Below, piece by piece: positions 25,748 to 40,800 of a stretch of 64,000 nucleotides of DNA. The notes under the pieces are model-generated. The model searched no databases and had not been told where the DNA came from. It was given only the letters and a program-made list of their open reading frames with translations. Position 1 is the first letter of the stretch. The number at the start of each line of letters is the position of its first letter. Where the stretch lies: contig CP075494.1 of the NCBI GenBank assembly GCA_021613535.1, forward strand, positions 1,922,001 to 1,986,000. The letters are read 5' to 3'. The position numbers were made by a program, and so were the translations under genes. The DNA comes from Adineta vaga (Eukaryota > Animalia > Rotifera).

Positions 25748-28700
25748 ATGATATTCATTGATAGGTGGAAACTATTAATCATTATTGCAATGATTATAGG
25801 ACAAGCGTCGAGTAAGTAATTAATAAAACTGAGAATGCGGAAGTGAGTGTGTATCTACTGTTCAAAGATAAAATAGTCACACCCTCTACGATATTTACCT
25901 TTTTCATTTAGCTATTTCATATAATCGACCGAAGTTCCATTCCAATTCAGTATGGAATCCTTCTGCAATTACTTTTGCAGATAGTAAAACCGTTGGAACC
26001 TATCCGTACGATATTTTTATCAGTACGAATAACACAGTCTATGCTGCAAATCAAGCAAATAGTCGTGTTGTTATATGGACCGAAGGAAACGCAATACCGA
26101 TACGAAATATCTCGAGTAACATATCATCTCCATATAGTCTCTTTGCCACACCAGCAGGTGATATTTATGTGGATAATGACAATTCAATGGGAAGAATTGA
26201 TAAAGTAACATCCCTTTCATTCAATAGAACCTCCGTATTATATTTATGTTCTAAATGCTTTGATCTTTTCGTTGATATTAATGAAAATATTTACTGCTCA
26301 TTGTCTAATCGGCATCAAGTAGTTGCAAAGTCATTAAAAACCATTTCAAATGCGTTTGCCGTAATTGCTGGTACAGGTTCTGCTGGCAATGGTTCATCTA
26401 TGCTTTATTCACCATGGGGAATCTTTGTGGATATCGATTTCGACTTATATGTAGCAGATTCTTACAACAATCGAATTCAACTCTTTCGATTAGGACAACT
26501 CAATGGAATTACAGTAGCCGGAAGTTCATCCTCAAATGTTACAATTTCACTTGCACGTCCAACTGGAGTTGTGCTTGATGTTGATGGATATCTCTTCATC
26601 GTCGAAAAAAACAATCATCGTATCATTGGATCAGGACCAAACGGATTTCGTTGTATCGTTGGATGCATTGGTGGGGGAAGTTTATCGAATCAGTTATTGT
26701 ATCCAACGACACTTAGTTTTGATAGTAATGGAAATATATTTGTTACGGATACCAATAATCATCGTATTCAGAAATTTACTCTATTAAAAAGTAGCCTCAG
26801 TAAGTAATTCAAACTTTAATTATAAGTTAAGTGAATTATCTTTCTTTTGTTCTGTAAACGTTTTATTTTGTCGTACAGAAAAAACAGTCCGTACAATACA
26901 ACTATAAATAGTCACCCATTGCAATTATTTCTGTTCTTGCTCTAGCACCATCATATAATCAACCGAAATTTTGCCCAGATGCAACATGGAATCCAAATGC
27001 AACTACTTTCGCTAACAGAACTAACAATACTATCGGAACAAGCCCTTATGGCATATTTGTTTCAACCAATAACACAATTTATGTTGCGGATCGATCCAAC
27101 TATCGAATTCGAATATGGTCGAATGGAAGTATTACTCCAGCACAATCAATCTATGGAACCAATATGTATCCATACTCACTTTATGTCACAACAAATGGAG
27201 ATATTTACATTGATAATGTATTGCGTAGTGCAAGAGTAGATAAACGATCAATGTTGACAAATACCAGTGTTCCTGTCATGTATATTAATTCGATGTGTTA
27301 TGGTCTTTTTGTCGATCTTACTGATACTCTCTATTGTTCGATGTATAGTTCTCATCAAGTTGTGAAAAGATGGATATACGACATGTCATCCACTGTGACG
27401 ATTGTTGCTGGTACAGGTTCGGCGGGCAATGGTTCATCTATGCTTTTTTATCCATGGGGAATCTTTGTTGATGTTAATTTCAACTTATATGTAGCAGATT
27501 CTTACAACAATCGAATTCAACTCTTTCGATTGGGACAAATCAATGGAATTACAGTAGCCGGAAGGTTATCTCCAAAGGTTACAATTTCACTCGCACGTCC
27601 AACTGGAGTTGCGCTTGATGCTGATGGATATCTTTTCATCGTCGAACAAAACAATCATCGTATCATTGGATCAGGACCAAACGGATTTCGTTGTATCGCT
27701 GGATGCATTGGTGGGGGAAGTTTATCGAATCAGTTATATTATCCAACGACACTTAGTTTTGATAGTAATGGAAATATATTTGTTACGGATACCAACAATC
27801 ATCGTGTTCAGAAATTTGATTTATCAATAAATTCATGCTGTAAGTCCGCCAAAATGAAAATAATGATGCAGCTTTTTCTAAAAATTTTCCATTTCGTTTA
27901 GATACAACTGCCACATCAAGTATGACTAACGATAAGAAAAGTTTTGTTTCGTTTATTTATTTAAAAAAATACTTTTTTAGTGACCACATTGTCAAACACA
28001 TTTCCTTCTAATCCTTCAGTTACAATGACTACTCAACCAACTGTCGTTGTAGTACCTCGATTCCAAACAGGTAATTATGATCACTACTTCAGATATAACA
28101 TAAAACGTAGTATCAAATGAACTAAATCCACAATATGATTTATAGTGATTATGTCGTCATATTTTTAACTGTATTTAGGGGCTTCATATAATCAACCCAA
28201 ACTTGATCCATATGCAACATGGAGTGCTAATGCAATCAATTTTGCTAACAGAAATATCAGTACAGTCGGATCAAATCCTTATGGCATATTTGTTTCAACC
28301 AATAACACAATTTATGTTGCGGATCGATCCAACTATCGAATTCAAATATGGTCAAATGGAAGCACTATTCCAGCAGAATCAATCTATGGAACCAATATGA
28401 ATGCATCCTCACTTTTTGTCACAACAAATGGAGATATTTACATTGATAATGTATGGAATAATGCAAGAGTAGATAAACGATCAATATTGACAAATGCCAG
28501 TGTTTCTGTCATGTATATTAATTCGATATGTTATGGTCTTTTTGTCGATCTTACTGATACTCTCTACTGTTCGATGTATAGTTCTCATCAAGTTGTTACA
28601 AAGCGATTACATAGCAGTTCGAACATAACTACAACAATTGCTGGCACAGGATGTGCCGGATCCAGTTCATCTATGCTTTATAATCCTTGGGGAATCTTTG

Positions 28701-31700
28701 TTGATGTTAATTTCGACTTATATGTAGCAGATTCTTACAACAATCGAATTCAACTCTTTCGATTAGGAAAAATGAATGGAATTACAGTAGCGGGCATTTC
28801 ATCTTCAAATGTTACAATTTCACTCGCACGTCCAACTGGAGTTGTCCTGGATGCTGATGGATATCTTTTCATCGTCGAAAAAAACAATCATCGTATCATT
28901 GGATCAGGACCAAATGGATTTCGATGTATCGTTGGATGCATTGGTGGGGGAAGTTTATCGAATCAGTTATTGTATCCAACGACACTTAGTTTTGATAGTG
29001 GTGGAAATATATTTGTTACGGATACCAACAATCATCGTATTCAGAAATTTATTCTGTTGAATAATAGTCGCGGTAAGTAATTCAAGCTTTAATTATAATT
29101 GACTTTGCCCGTTCTAGTTCATTATATTAATACGGAAATAATTTATTATTTCTGAGTTATTTGTGACCATTTATTTAGAAGCGAGACCATAGTATTTATT
29201 TGAAATTTATAATTTTCTTTCTAGTTCCTTCATATAATCAACCGAAATTTTGCCCAGATGCAACATGGAATCCAAATGCAACTACTTTCGCTAACAGAAC
29301 TAACAATACTATCGGAACAAGCCCTTATGGCATATTTGTTTCAACCAATAACACAATTTATGTTGCGGATCGATCCAACTATCGAATTCGAATATGGTCG
29401 AATGGAAGTATTACTCCAGCACAATCAATCTATGGAACCAATATGTATGCATTCTCACTTTATGTCACAACAAATGGAGATATTTACATTGATAATGTAT
29501 TGCGTAATGCAAGAGTAGATAAACGATCAATGTTGACAAATACCAGTGTTCCTGTCATGTATATTAATACGATGTGTTATGGTCTTTTTGTCGATCTTAC
29601 TGATACTCTCTATTGTTCGATGTATAGTTCTCATCAAGTTGTGAAAAGATGGATATACGACATGTCATCCACTGTGACGATTGTTGCTGGTACAGGTTCG
29701 GCGGGCAGTGGTTCATCTATGCTTTATAATCCTTGGGGAATCTTTGTTGGTGTTAATTTCGACTTATATGTAGCAGATTCTTACAACAATCGAATTCAAC
29801 TCTTTCGATTGGGACAAATCAATGGAATTACAGTAGCCGGAAGGTTATCTCCAAAGGTTACAATTTCACTCGCACGTCCAACTGGAGTTGCGCTTGATGC
29901 TGATGGATATCTTTTCATCGTCGAACAAAACAATCATCGTATCATTGGATCAGGTCCAAATGGATTTCGATGTATCGTTGGATGCACTGGTCGGGGAAGT
30001 TTATCGAATCAGTTATATTATCCAACGACACTTAGTTTTGATAGTAATGGAAACATATTTGTTACGGATACCAGCAATAATCGCATTCAGAAATTTGATT
30101 TATCAATAAATTCATGTAGTAAGTAAATCTTCGATATTATATTCATTGACAATCCAATGACACTGCTTAGAATTGACTAATCTTTCTATTTCAAAACTTC
30201 TCACTAAAATATTTAATTCATTTCAGATCAAAGTGTACCAACTGCAATTCAAACGACAACAACTACTACTATAAAAACACTGGTATTTGTAAAAGGTTTG
30301 TTGGCAATGCATATTTGATAGAGAAAATCATTTATAGAGATCGTAGCAATGACAGTATTAGAAAAAAAAGCTTTTTTTTAGAGAATTTTTCTTGTTTAGA
30401 AGAAGTTTCGATTTCGAAAAAACAAATTTCGGTTTCACAAAGGTTTTATTTTAAACATTCAAAATTTATAAATAAAAGACTAAAAGTACATATTCTATAG
30501 TATGTCTTCCACCTTCAATAACATTGATTCCAAATACTGATACAATATCATCACCAACTCAATTTCGTCGTAGTGAAGATTTCACAATAGTTTCACATAT
30601 TGAATTAAATTGTAATAGTACATCATCAACAATCACTCGATGGATAATCAAAAAATGTAATCCATCCTGTTTACAAGTAATTCCATTTGATTCAAATATA
30701 ATGACAACATTTAGTGAATTATATATTCCATCACGAATATTATCTTATGGTCTATATGAAATGAAATTAACTGTCACTATGATGAATACAACAAATGTCT
30801 CTTCATCTTCAGCCATTTATGTTCAAATCACTCCATCAGATATAACAGCAAATTTAGTTCGATATGGTACATCAATAATTACACGTGGTAATCAACAAGA
30901 TCTTCAATTAGATCCAGGAAGTTATTCCACTGATGGTGATGGAAATATATTTAATGCTTCCGTAAATTTTCTATTAAAGATTTAAGTTTTTCAATTATCT
31001 TCTTTGTTTTATAGAATTGGAAATATAAATATTATTGTCGAATTTATGGTTTATCAACATTTCCAAATTTATATGGTTCATTATTGACAATTGATGATAT
31101 GAGAAATGATTTAACAAATCCATCTTGTTTATCATTAAATCGAACGGGTTGGAGATTTGATAATTCTTTTCATTCATCATTTACAATACTTTCTGGTTCT
31201 CTTCAATACAATCGAACATATCAATTTATGGTACAAATGGAGAGTCGCCAGAATTCTTCTCTTCAAGCTACAGGTTATGTTCTTGTTGAAGTTGAAAATA
31301 CTCGTCCAAATATGATCTTGATCGGGTATTTTCTTATTTCTTTTGCTTTTTTAAATTTTAAATTCGTGATTTTAGTTGTGTTATATGGACATTATGTCAA
31401 CCAAAGATGGAATTTCAACGTGTTAATCCAACAACTCAAGTAGCTTTATTTTCAGTTTGTGATGGAAGTTGTGTCAATATTCAAAATATCAAATGGAAAG
31501 TTTATTTTAGTGCATTCAATTCATCTTCAAATTTAACTCAATGGATATTATTTAATCAAACAATTATTTATCAAAATATATGGTTTTTTGGTAAATAAAT
31601 TGTATTTATTTTATTAGAAGAGATGATTTTATTAAATATTATAGGAATGAGTACGACTAATTTCACTGCTACAAATCAATTATTTTTATCGAATCCTGAG

Positions 31701-34700
31701 ATTGAATTATGGCGATTTGAAGTTATTTATACTTTTTCAAATCAAACAAGTATTAGTTCATTAAATTTTCGTATTAATCAACCACCTTCGGATGGTTCGT
31801 GTTTTATTGATCCTTTAAATGGAACTGCAAGTAGTTTATTTACAGTTTCATGCATAAATTATTTTGATACAGATGGAATTAAAGATTATACTGTCTATGG
31901 TATATTGAAAACTTTTCAAATAACCAAGATAAATCATTTTCTTTTCTTTTTATTAGGTTGGACGCATGATACAACTAAAAGAATGATTATTTCTTTTTCA
32001 AATCTACCAACATTCCAAATGTATTTACCAATTGGTGATAATCAAACATCATTACTCTATTTAACTGTTCATATTCGTGATCAATTAGATTGTGTTACGG
32101 AATTTAATCTTTCATCAGTTACTGTACTTCCAGATTTAACAATAATTAATGATCTAATACATTATACTCAACATCCATCTGAGAATATTGGTACAAATCC
32201 AATTATACAATTACTTGCAAGTAAAAATCAAAATTTAGTTGGACAAGTTATGACTTTAGTGGCACAACAGTTCAATGAAATGAGTAATGAAAATATTGAT
32301 AAAGCCATTTCAAGTAAATCTTTAAAATAAATTATTTAGAATTGATTCATTTTATTCTTTTTGTTATATTATAGATGGTATTTCAGTTACAAGTATTTCA
32401 GTATCATCATTATTAACTGAAAGTACACAACAGGTAATTCTATATTTAATATCAAATATTTTTAGTCTAGTTTTCTAATATTATAGTCATCATTACCATT
32501 GAATCAATCAGTATTAGATGAATTTAATAAAGAATTAAATTCTCGTGCTTCAACTCGAGATTATCTTATTACATTTATTACAGAACTTCCTATAACAACA
32601 TCAAATAGTATTAAACTACAAGCATCATCATTAGCTCAATTTACAAAAGCAACAAATGAATTAACACGAAATACTTTAGTATAATTCAATTCTGTTTAAT
32701 TTAATCTTTTGTAAATTTATTTTCTTTTCTTTTAGACAATTGCTTCTAATCGTTGTTATCAATTAGCTTTAGCTTTAAATTCAATGAAAACTAAAATTTC
32801 ATTTGAAGATGTTCAACTTGCATCAACTGATCTTCTTCAATGTGCTGCTAATGTATTAAATGTAAGTTATCTCTTTCATAAATCTATATTAAAAATATCT
32901 TCATTGAATCCTATAGGCTGTCAATGGACCATTACAAGAAAGAACAACTATTCTTGATTTAGATTCAATTCGAACTACAGAATTTCCAAAAGATTATGAT
33001 ACTGATCTCGAAACACAATGGGCTAATCCACGTATAATAACATTTCATTTTTCTAATCATTTAATATGTTATAATATTTAGATTTATTTTCTGATGATGA
33101 TGATTCTTCATTGAAAACAATAGAAAAGAATCGAATAATTTATTATCAAAAAGAATTAGCAAATCAAATCAAATCTGAAATGAATAAATTAATTTCATTA
33201 TTAACTTCAACATTGAATATTCATTTAAATATTGGACAAGATTTTCATATTGAAACATCACAAGTATTGATGACATTAGAAACAAAATCTATTCAGTCAC
33301 TTTCAAATCAATTTACAAAAACAATTGGAAATGCACAAGTTCAACTTCCTTCTCATTTCAATTCTTATCTTTCTACGTATGATAAAATATCTATTCGAGT
33401 GAGTTAATCAATAGATTCTTTGTAATGAATTTTTTTTGAGAAATGATCTTTTAATATATATAGTCAATGATGGAACCATTAGCACCATTTGGAAATTCGA
33501 AAACAACACCGAATACAAATTTATCAAGATCAATCTCATTTTCCATTTTAGATGACAATCAAACTGAAATATCGATTCGAACAATAACGAATCAGTCTAT
33601 TGAAATCATTATTCCTCGTGATCCTAATCGGATCATTCCAACAATGGTATTACGAAATGTTACAATAACAATAAGCAATTCAACTCCTCATCGTCTTATC
33701 TTTGATTTACATTATTTAAATTTAACAAAATTACTTCCTATTTCAATTCATTGGGAAATTCAACCATTAAATACAAGTTTAGCTTATTTATTTATCTATC
33801 GATTTGATCAAATACCACAATTGAATAGTTCAATCAAACAGATCGATGGATGGACCCTCTTTTGTCCCGATAATTTAACAAATGAAGGTATTTATACCTA
33901 TTATATTGATAATCAACGAACAATTGGTCATCAATCAGTCATTTATGGTTTACGAGAATTGAATGCAACTGAAATCGATCAACTTTGTTCAAATTTCTCA
34001 TCGATTACTAATCCTCCAATTAGCAATGAACCAATTAATTTCACATCCAACTATTTCTTGAGAATCTATACTTCTGGTTGTTATTATCTCAATGAAAATC
34101 AACAATGGAAATCTGATGGATTATTAGTTGGTCCATTGACTAATCATAATCAAACACAATGTTATTCTACACATTTGACAACATTTGCAGGTGGTTTTGC
34201 TATTTTACCTGAATCAATCGATTGGAATTATGTATTTGCAAATGCTGATTTTATGAAGAATAAAACGATCTATTTGACAGTTATTTGTGTATCAATTATC
34301 TATATTATTCTGATACTGTATTCTCGTTATTATGATAAGAAAGATGTGGAAAAATTAGGTGTGACAATTTTACCTGATAATCATAAAGAAGATGATTATT
34401 TCTATCAAATTATTGTATTTACAGGTCAAAGAACAAACGCAGGAACAAAATCTAATGTAAGATATTTTTTAAAAAAAGGACATTATTTCGAATATATCTA
34501 TTATCTTCTAGGTTCATTTTGTAATACATGGTGATAAGAATGATACACAGATTCGAACGTTTCTGGATCCTCATCGACAAATTCTTCAACAAGGTGGTGT
34601 TGATGCATTTCTTATGAGTGTTCCAAAATCATTGGGATTATTGAATTGTATTCGTATTTGGCATGATAATAGTGGAAAAGGTTCATCATCATCATGGTTT

Positions 34701-37678
34701 TTGAAATATTTAATCATTCGTGATTTACAAACAATGGAAAAATATTATTTTACTTGTCAACGATGGTTTGCCGTAGAAAAAGATGATGGAAAAATTGAAC
34801 GTATTTTACCTGTTGCAGGCGAATTAGAGAAACGTCAATTTTCATTTGTATTAACTAAACGAACTTATCATAGTATTTCAGATGGTCATCTTTGGTTTTC
34901 AATCTTTTCTCGACCACCATCACAACAATTTACACGTGTTCAACGATGTACATGTTGTTTTGTTCTTTTATTTGTTTCAATGTTTTTGAACATCATGTAT
35001 TATGATTTATCAAATGAAACAAAATCAAACAATTCAGCCAATTTATCCTTTGGTTCACTTTACATTTCTCCTCAACAAGTATGTAAAACTGATTTGTTTT
35101 TTCCTATTGTTTTTTATTTCTATTCCAAGATAATTATTGGTATTATTGTGGAATTATTTGCACTAATTCCAAGTTTGTTACTTATTCAATTATTTCGTCG
35201 TCTTCGTCCTCATCGAAAACATCAATCACCTATTCGACAAGCTCTCTGTAAAGTCAAACCAAATATAGAAAATCATGTCGATCAACAGAAATCATCATTA
35301 ACTTTTCCGTGGTGGTGTATTTTTATTGCATATGGATTATGTTTTGTCTTTGTTGCTCTTTCAATTCTATTTATTATTGCTCGTGGTATTGAATTTGGTG
35401 ATGCAAAAACTCAAAAATGGTTAGCATCTATCTTGAGTAGCTTCTTTTCTTCGATTCTTCTTACTCAACCATTAAAAGTAATGTTCTAAGATTTTCAAAT
35501 CTAAAGACACTTATGTACATATCTCTATTTCAAGATTGTGTCATTGGCAATAATATTTGCATGTTTTTGTCGAGAATCAAATGATGATAAAGAAGCCAAT
35601 GAACTGTTGGATGATAATGATATTGGTTTAGAAGTTGATGAAGAATATCTTCATACAATTAAGGTTTATTTCTTAGATGTTTTATAATTTCATAGAGAAT
35701 AAATATTTTCTAGAATGAATCTTTAATTCCTTATCGATCTCCAAATCGTGCTAATCGTTTAAATGCAACTGAAGTGATTCATCTTCGTCAACAACGTTTG
35801 AAACAAATTCAAATGTGGTCAATTATTCACGAAATATTACTTTATTTCTGTTTTCTCTCATTTCTTTATGTAATCATTTATTCAAATCGTGATTCCAATG
35901 CTTTTTTCAAAGTTAATCATCTTAGAAAATATTTTCTTAATTCAAAACAAATTGATTTTGATTATACAAAAGTTTGTTTCTGTTTAAAAAGCGAATTCTT
36001 TAAACTAAATAAATATTATTTAGATTTCAACAATTAATCAATATTGGAATTGGTTAGAGAATCATTTTATCTTCAATCTTCGTGCACAACAATGGTATAA
36101 TGGTGAATCACCTCGAAATCTAAGCGGTTTTATGGATGATAAAACTAATCGATTGATTGGTTGGGCAACAATGAGACAATTACGAGTTCGAACTAGTTTA
36201 TGTCATCAACAAACTTTCATTTCTTCTACATGTCAACATGATTATAGTTATTCAAATGAAGATAAAAATTCTTATGAACCCGGATGGATAAATACAACAT
36301 CAACTAATTATAATATATTTATTCAAAATGCATTTAAATATCAATCTAATAATACAAATTATAGAAGTGGTGGTTATATTTATGAATTTCGTGGTCGTCT
36401 TTCTGATCTTCGAAGTAATCTTTCACAACTTCATTCATTAAGTTGGATTGATAATCAAACTCGAGCTATTATTGTTCAATTAACTCTATATAATCCAAAT
36501 GTTCAATTATTTACTGCAGTTACTTTTCTTGCTGAATTTCTTTCATCAAGTGGAGTTTTTACTTCTGCTCGTTTCGAACCCATTAGTTTCTATGGTAATT
36601 TTCATATGAAAAAAAAACTTCTTATTCTTTCTTTTGTTTTTTAGCATTTACATCAATTTATCAATTAGTTTGTACGATTATTTATATGTTAATGATCTTC
36701 TATTTCATGTGGATTGAATTACGATCATTATTTGAATTAAAATGGAAATATTTTATTCAATTTTGGTCGTTTATTCAACTTGGTATTATTATTTGTTCAT
36801 GGACAAGTCTTGGAATTTATATTTGGCGTTATCAAGAATATCAACGAATTGGAAAATTATTCTCTGAAACGAATGGATATGTTTATATTGATTTACAATT
36901 AATTTCCTATATTAATGATCTATTAACTTATTTATTGAGTTTTTGTTGTTTTTTTGGTACAATTCAATTAATTAAATTATGTCGTTTTAATCAACGTTTT
37001 TGTTTATTTATTTATACACTTCAATTATCAGCAAAAGAATTATTATCATTTTCATTTATGTTCTCTATTGTATTTATGTCATTTATATGTCTTTTCTATT
37101 TCTTATTTATTTCCAAATTACCTGAATGTTCAAGTTTATTTGGAACAGCACAAATGTTATTTGAAATGACCTTAATGAAATTTGATGCACATCAATTAAG
37201 TAATTCAGCAGCATTTCTTGGTCCATTTTGTTTTAGTTTATTTATTCTATTTGTTGTATTTATTTGTATGAGTATGTTTTTATCAATTATTGGGGATAAT
37301 TTTCGTCGTTCAAGAGACAATTTCAATGATAAAAGGAATGAAATATTTTCATTTATGTTTCAAACATTTCAACAATGGACAGGTAATAAATATAGAGAAG
37401 AATTGAATTTAATATTAAAATAACAAATGTTTAGGTTGGAAAATAGTAACAGAAGAGAAAATTCAAGTTGAAAGAGATGAGCAAACGCATGAAGAATATT
37501 ATGATTGGATTGAACAATTTCCAGAGAAAATGGATCAATTATTAAATGCATTGGATCAGGTATACTTAGTTTTCTAATATTTGATTATAGATTTGCTTTG
37601 TCTTTTTTTTTGTATTATAAATAGATCTATATGGATCAAAAGACGGAAAAATCAATTGTGCAAGAAACGAAATTTTAA
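25748..37678 (+). CDS. Polycystin-1-like (PKD1L/REJ family) receptor-channel with four N-terminal NHL beta-propellers
   Basis: Signal exon 25748-25811; NHL exons 25912-26799, 26946-27839, 28179-29072, 29225-30118; Thr-rich linkers; REJ region from 30501; GPS motif C..W.SDG..C..HL|T (34172-34180); PLAT (YQIIVFTG..AGT.S, IRIWHDNSG..SW.L); further TM segments and polycystin channel domain; stop at 37678. Confidence 0.9.
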
Positions 37679-37839
37679 TCATTATTTATCCTTAAATATA
37701 TTTATTCAAATTATAGTTTTGTGATTGTGTGTTGTTTGTCAAAGTGTGTTTCTCATTAGTTATTTCCAAAATATAAAATAAGCAAAACTATTATAACTAA
37801 ATTGCATAAAATTCTGTTAGAGTGTGGATGGACATCAGG

Positions 37840-40800
37840 CTATACTCTAAAAACGCACCGATACCCTCGTTGTATATTTCGTCGATATTGAATAATTGTT
37901 TTATGAAATGCTTTTTTATAAAACTTCGATGGTATTACAAATATAAGAAAAGTAAGCATTGCTGGAATAAATGAAATAAAATATCCGCAAAGAAATAACC
38001 ATGAATCATTAATTGATTCCATACATTTTGATATATAAGAAATAATTAAACGTGGTAATGCAAGTATAACTAAAAGAACAGGTGCAAGAAATAAATGTTT
38101 ATGTTCTTGATAATTTTCACGTAAAATTCCTTTAAAACTTCGTTTTATTTGAATATTTGATTGTTGTCGAGATTTTTTTGTTACAAGAATAAGAGCTGAA
38201 ACGAAATTAATAATAAATGGAGCAAAAAAATGAAATGTATGTATAAATGAATTATATGTTTGTAAATTAGATGATGAATAAGTTACAGTACACCAAATTC
38301 GTTTTTCATTTTCATCTTCATCAATTTCATCAATTAAATGTCGATGAATTGGTTCATGAATAAATGTTAAAATATTAAAAAATAAAATAAAACTAATAAT
38401 TATTTTCGCTATTTTTCTACTTTTTCTTTTACTAAAACGAACACTTTTAATAATCGTTATTGCTCGTTCACAAGCAACACATGCATTTAACCATTGATCC
38501 ATATGAAGAAAAACACGAAGAAAATAATCCAATGTAATACATTGAATTTGTAAAAATAATCGATTTGATATTTGAGATATTTGAACAAAAATTAAAATCC
38601 AAAATTTTAATGCAAATAATATAACAATAATTAATATTGTTATTGATGAACTTAATAAATATAAACCACAACCAACTTGACGTAAAGATTTATTTTTAAA
38701 TGTAATTAAAGTTAATAGACCATTAATTAAACCTATTAAAGTAAAAATAATATTTAATATAATACTTATTTGTATAATATTTGATTGTTTTATTAAATTA
38801 ATTGTTGGTTGAATATGATAACCTAAAATATTATCAAGTGATAAACTAAATCCACTTGTACTAAATTGACAACGTCGACCATAGAAACATGAATGACAAA
38901 GACATGTTGATTTTGTTAAACATTCTGATCCAAGTTGAAAACATTGACCGCCATTTGTACATTCATTTTCATCTGAACAATTCACTTTTGTTGTATGATT
39001 AAATAAAAAACAATTTGTTAAATATTGACCATTGTTATGTTTATAACATAAACATAAATAAACATTATCATAGAAACATAATAATGTCGAATTTTGACAT
39101 GGTAATTGATAATATTTAATACGATGAAGAAAATGATATTGAACAATTGTTGGATTAAATAATTCATTTAAATGTAAACAACGATCGGTTAATTTAACTT
39201 GTTTATTTAATTTAACTTTATCAAATGAAAGTTTTTGTGAAATTATAAAATAATAATTTTTTTTAAAATCTTCAATTAAAATAAGATTAATTGAAATAGA
39301 CCAATGAATATTTATTAAATCTTTCATTGAAGATATTGTTTTAAATGTTGTTATTCGATTTGATATAAACGTTTTTTCCGTTTTAATAAAATGAATAAAT
39401 ATTGTTTGTAAGAAATGAAATTTTTTCTCAAACGATAAATTAATTTCATTATTTTCATATTGACAATGATCACCATTATAACCTTTTGAACAAATACATG
39501 TATATGATAATTGTCGATTTAAATCAGTTGGAATACATTCACCATGATTATTACATATTTCAGTATTATTTGATTGACATTGAATATCTTTAAGAAAACA
39601 TCGACGACCAAATTTATATAAAGGACACATACATATTGATCGATTTTGAGCATCAATACCAAGAGATTTGGAATCGGATGAACATTTATAATTGAATGAA
39701 TATGAAATTGAACAATACTGTCCAGACCATTGAGGATAACATTGACAAAATGTTTTATCATTATTGGAATATTTTATACATTTTCCATGAATACATTGAT
39801 TTTTTGAACATTTTTTACCATTAAAATCAATTGGTGGAATCTGAATTGTTAAATTTAAACGATGAACAGGTAAAAAATTATTTAATATTGGAAAATATAA
39901 ACTTCCACGATAATTTGAAGATTTCTTTTCATAAATATCAATATGAATTGAATAAATTTTGTTTTGATCTTTTAATCGTGTTGAATAAAGTAAATAATAA
40001 TAGAATTTTATTTTACAATCTCTTACAAATAAATAAGTAAATTTTACATAGGAATGAATAATTCTTTCATTTGTATTATCAATAAGTTGAATAAGAATTT
40101 CAAATGGTGTTTGTCGTGAATCTGAATATGAATGAATTTGAAAAGATAAACTTACTCGTTCATTTTGATATTCACATGTTTTACCATAATAACTATCTGG
40201 ACAAAAACATATGTACGTGGATTCATCATGATTCAACCAAATATGTATAGGATAACCACGATGACATTCAATTTTATTTTCAAATCTTTTTCCAATCATC
40301 TTTGTATTCAATTTCTCCTAGAATATATATATATAAACTCAGATCGGTGTGTGTGACGTTAGTTCTTCCTATATCTTAACTCACACTCTTTTGATCGAAT
40401 AAAGAAGGATTATTACCTGTTTACATAAATGTGTTTGAATACTTTGTTGAACTGAAGTAGATATAATATTATTTGAAAGAAAATTTAATTCCGGACGAAT
40501 ATTTTTCATAGAAGAATTATTCCAATTTTCACATAAATTTGTAATATTAATACAATGATTTTCTTTACATACTATTGGTTCATCGCTACCATCGAGACAA
40601 TCAATTTGACGATCATTTATTTTCTTAATCGATAAACATATCATTTGTTTGGTATGAATTGAAATACATGTATATTCATCATAAGAACAAGAATTTAATA
40701 ATAATGATTTTGTACAACCAAGTTCATCATCACCATTAAAACAATTCCAAAATCCATTACAATATGTATGTATATTATTACATGACCAAGAATCACATTC

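Noticed and set aside
25975-30109. Recurrent alternative-frame ORFs over NHL exons (MQHGIQM..., MLQFH..., also 639-824, 2973-3818)
   Set aside because: Shadow frames recurring only because the underlying NHL exons are duplicated; no independent coding signal
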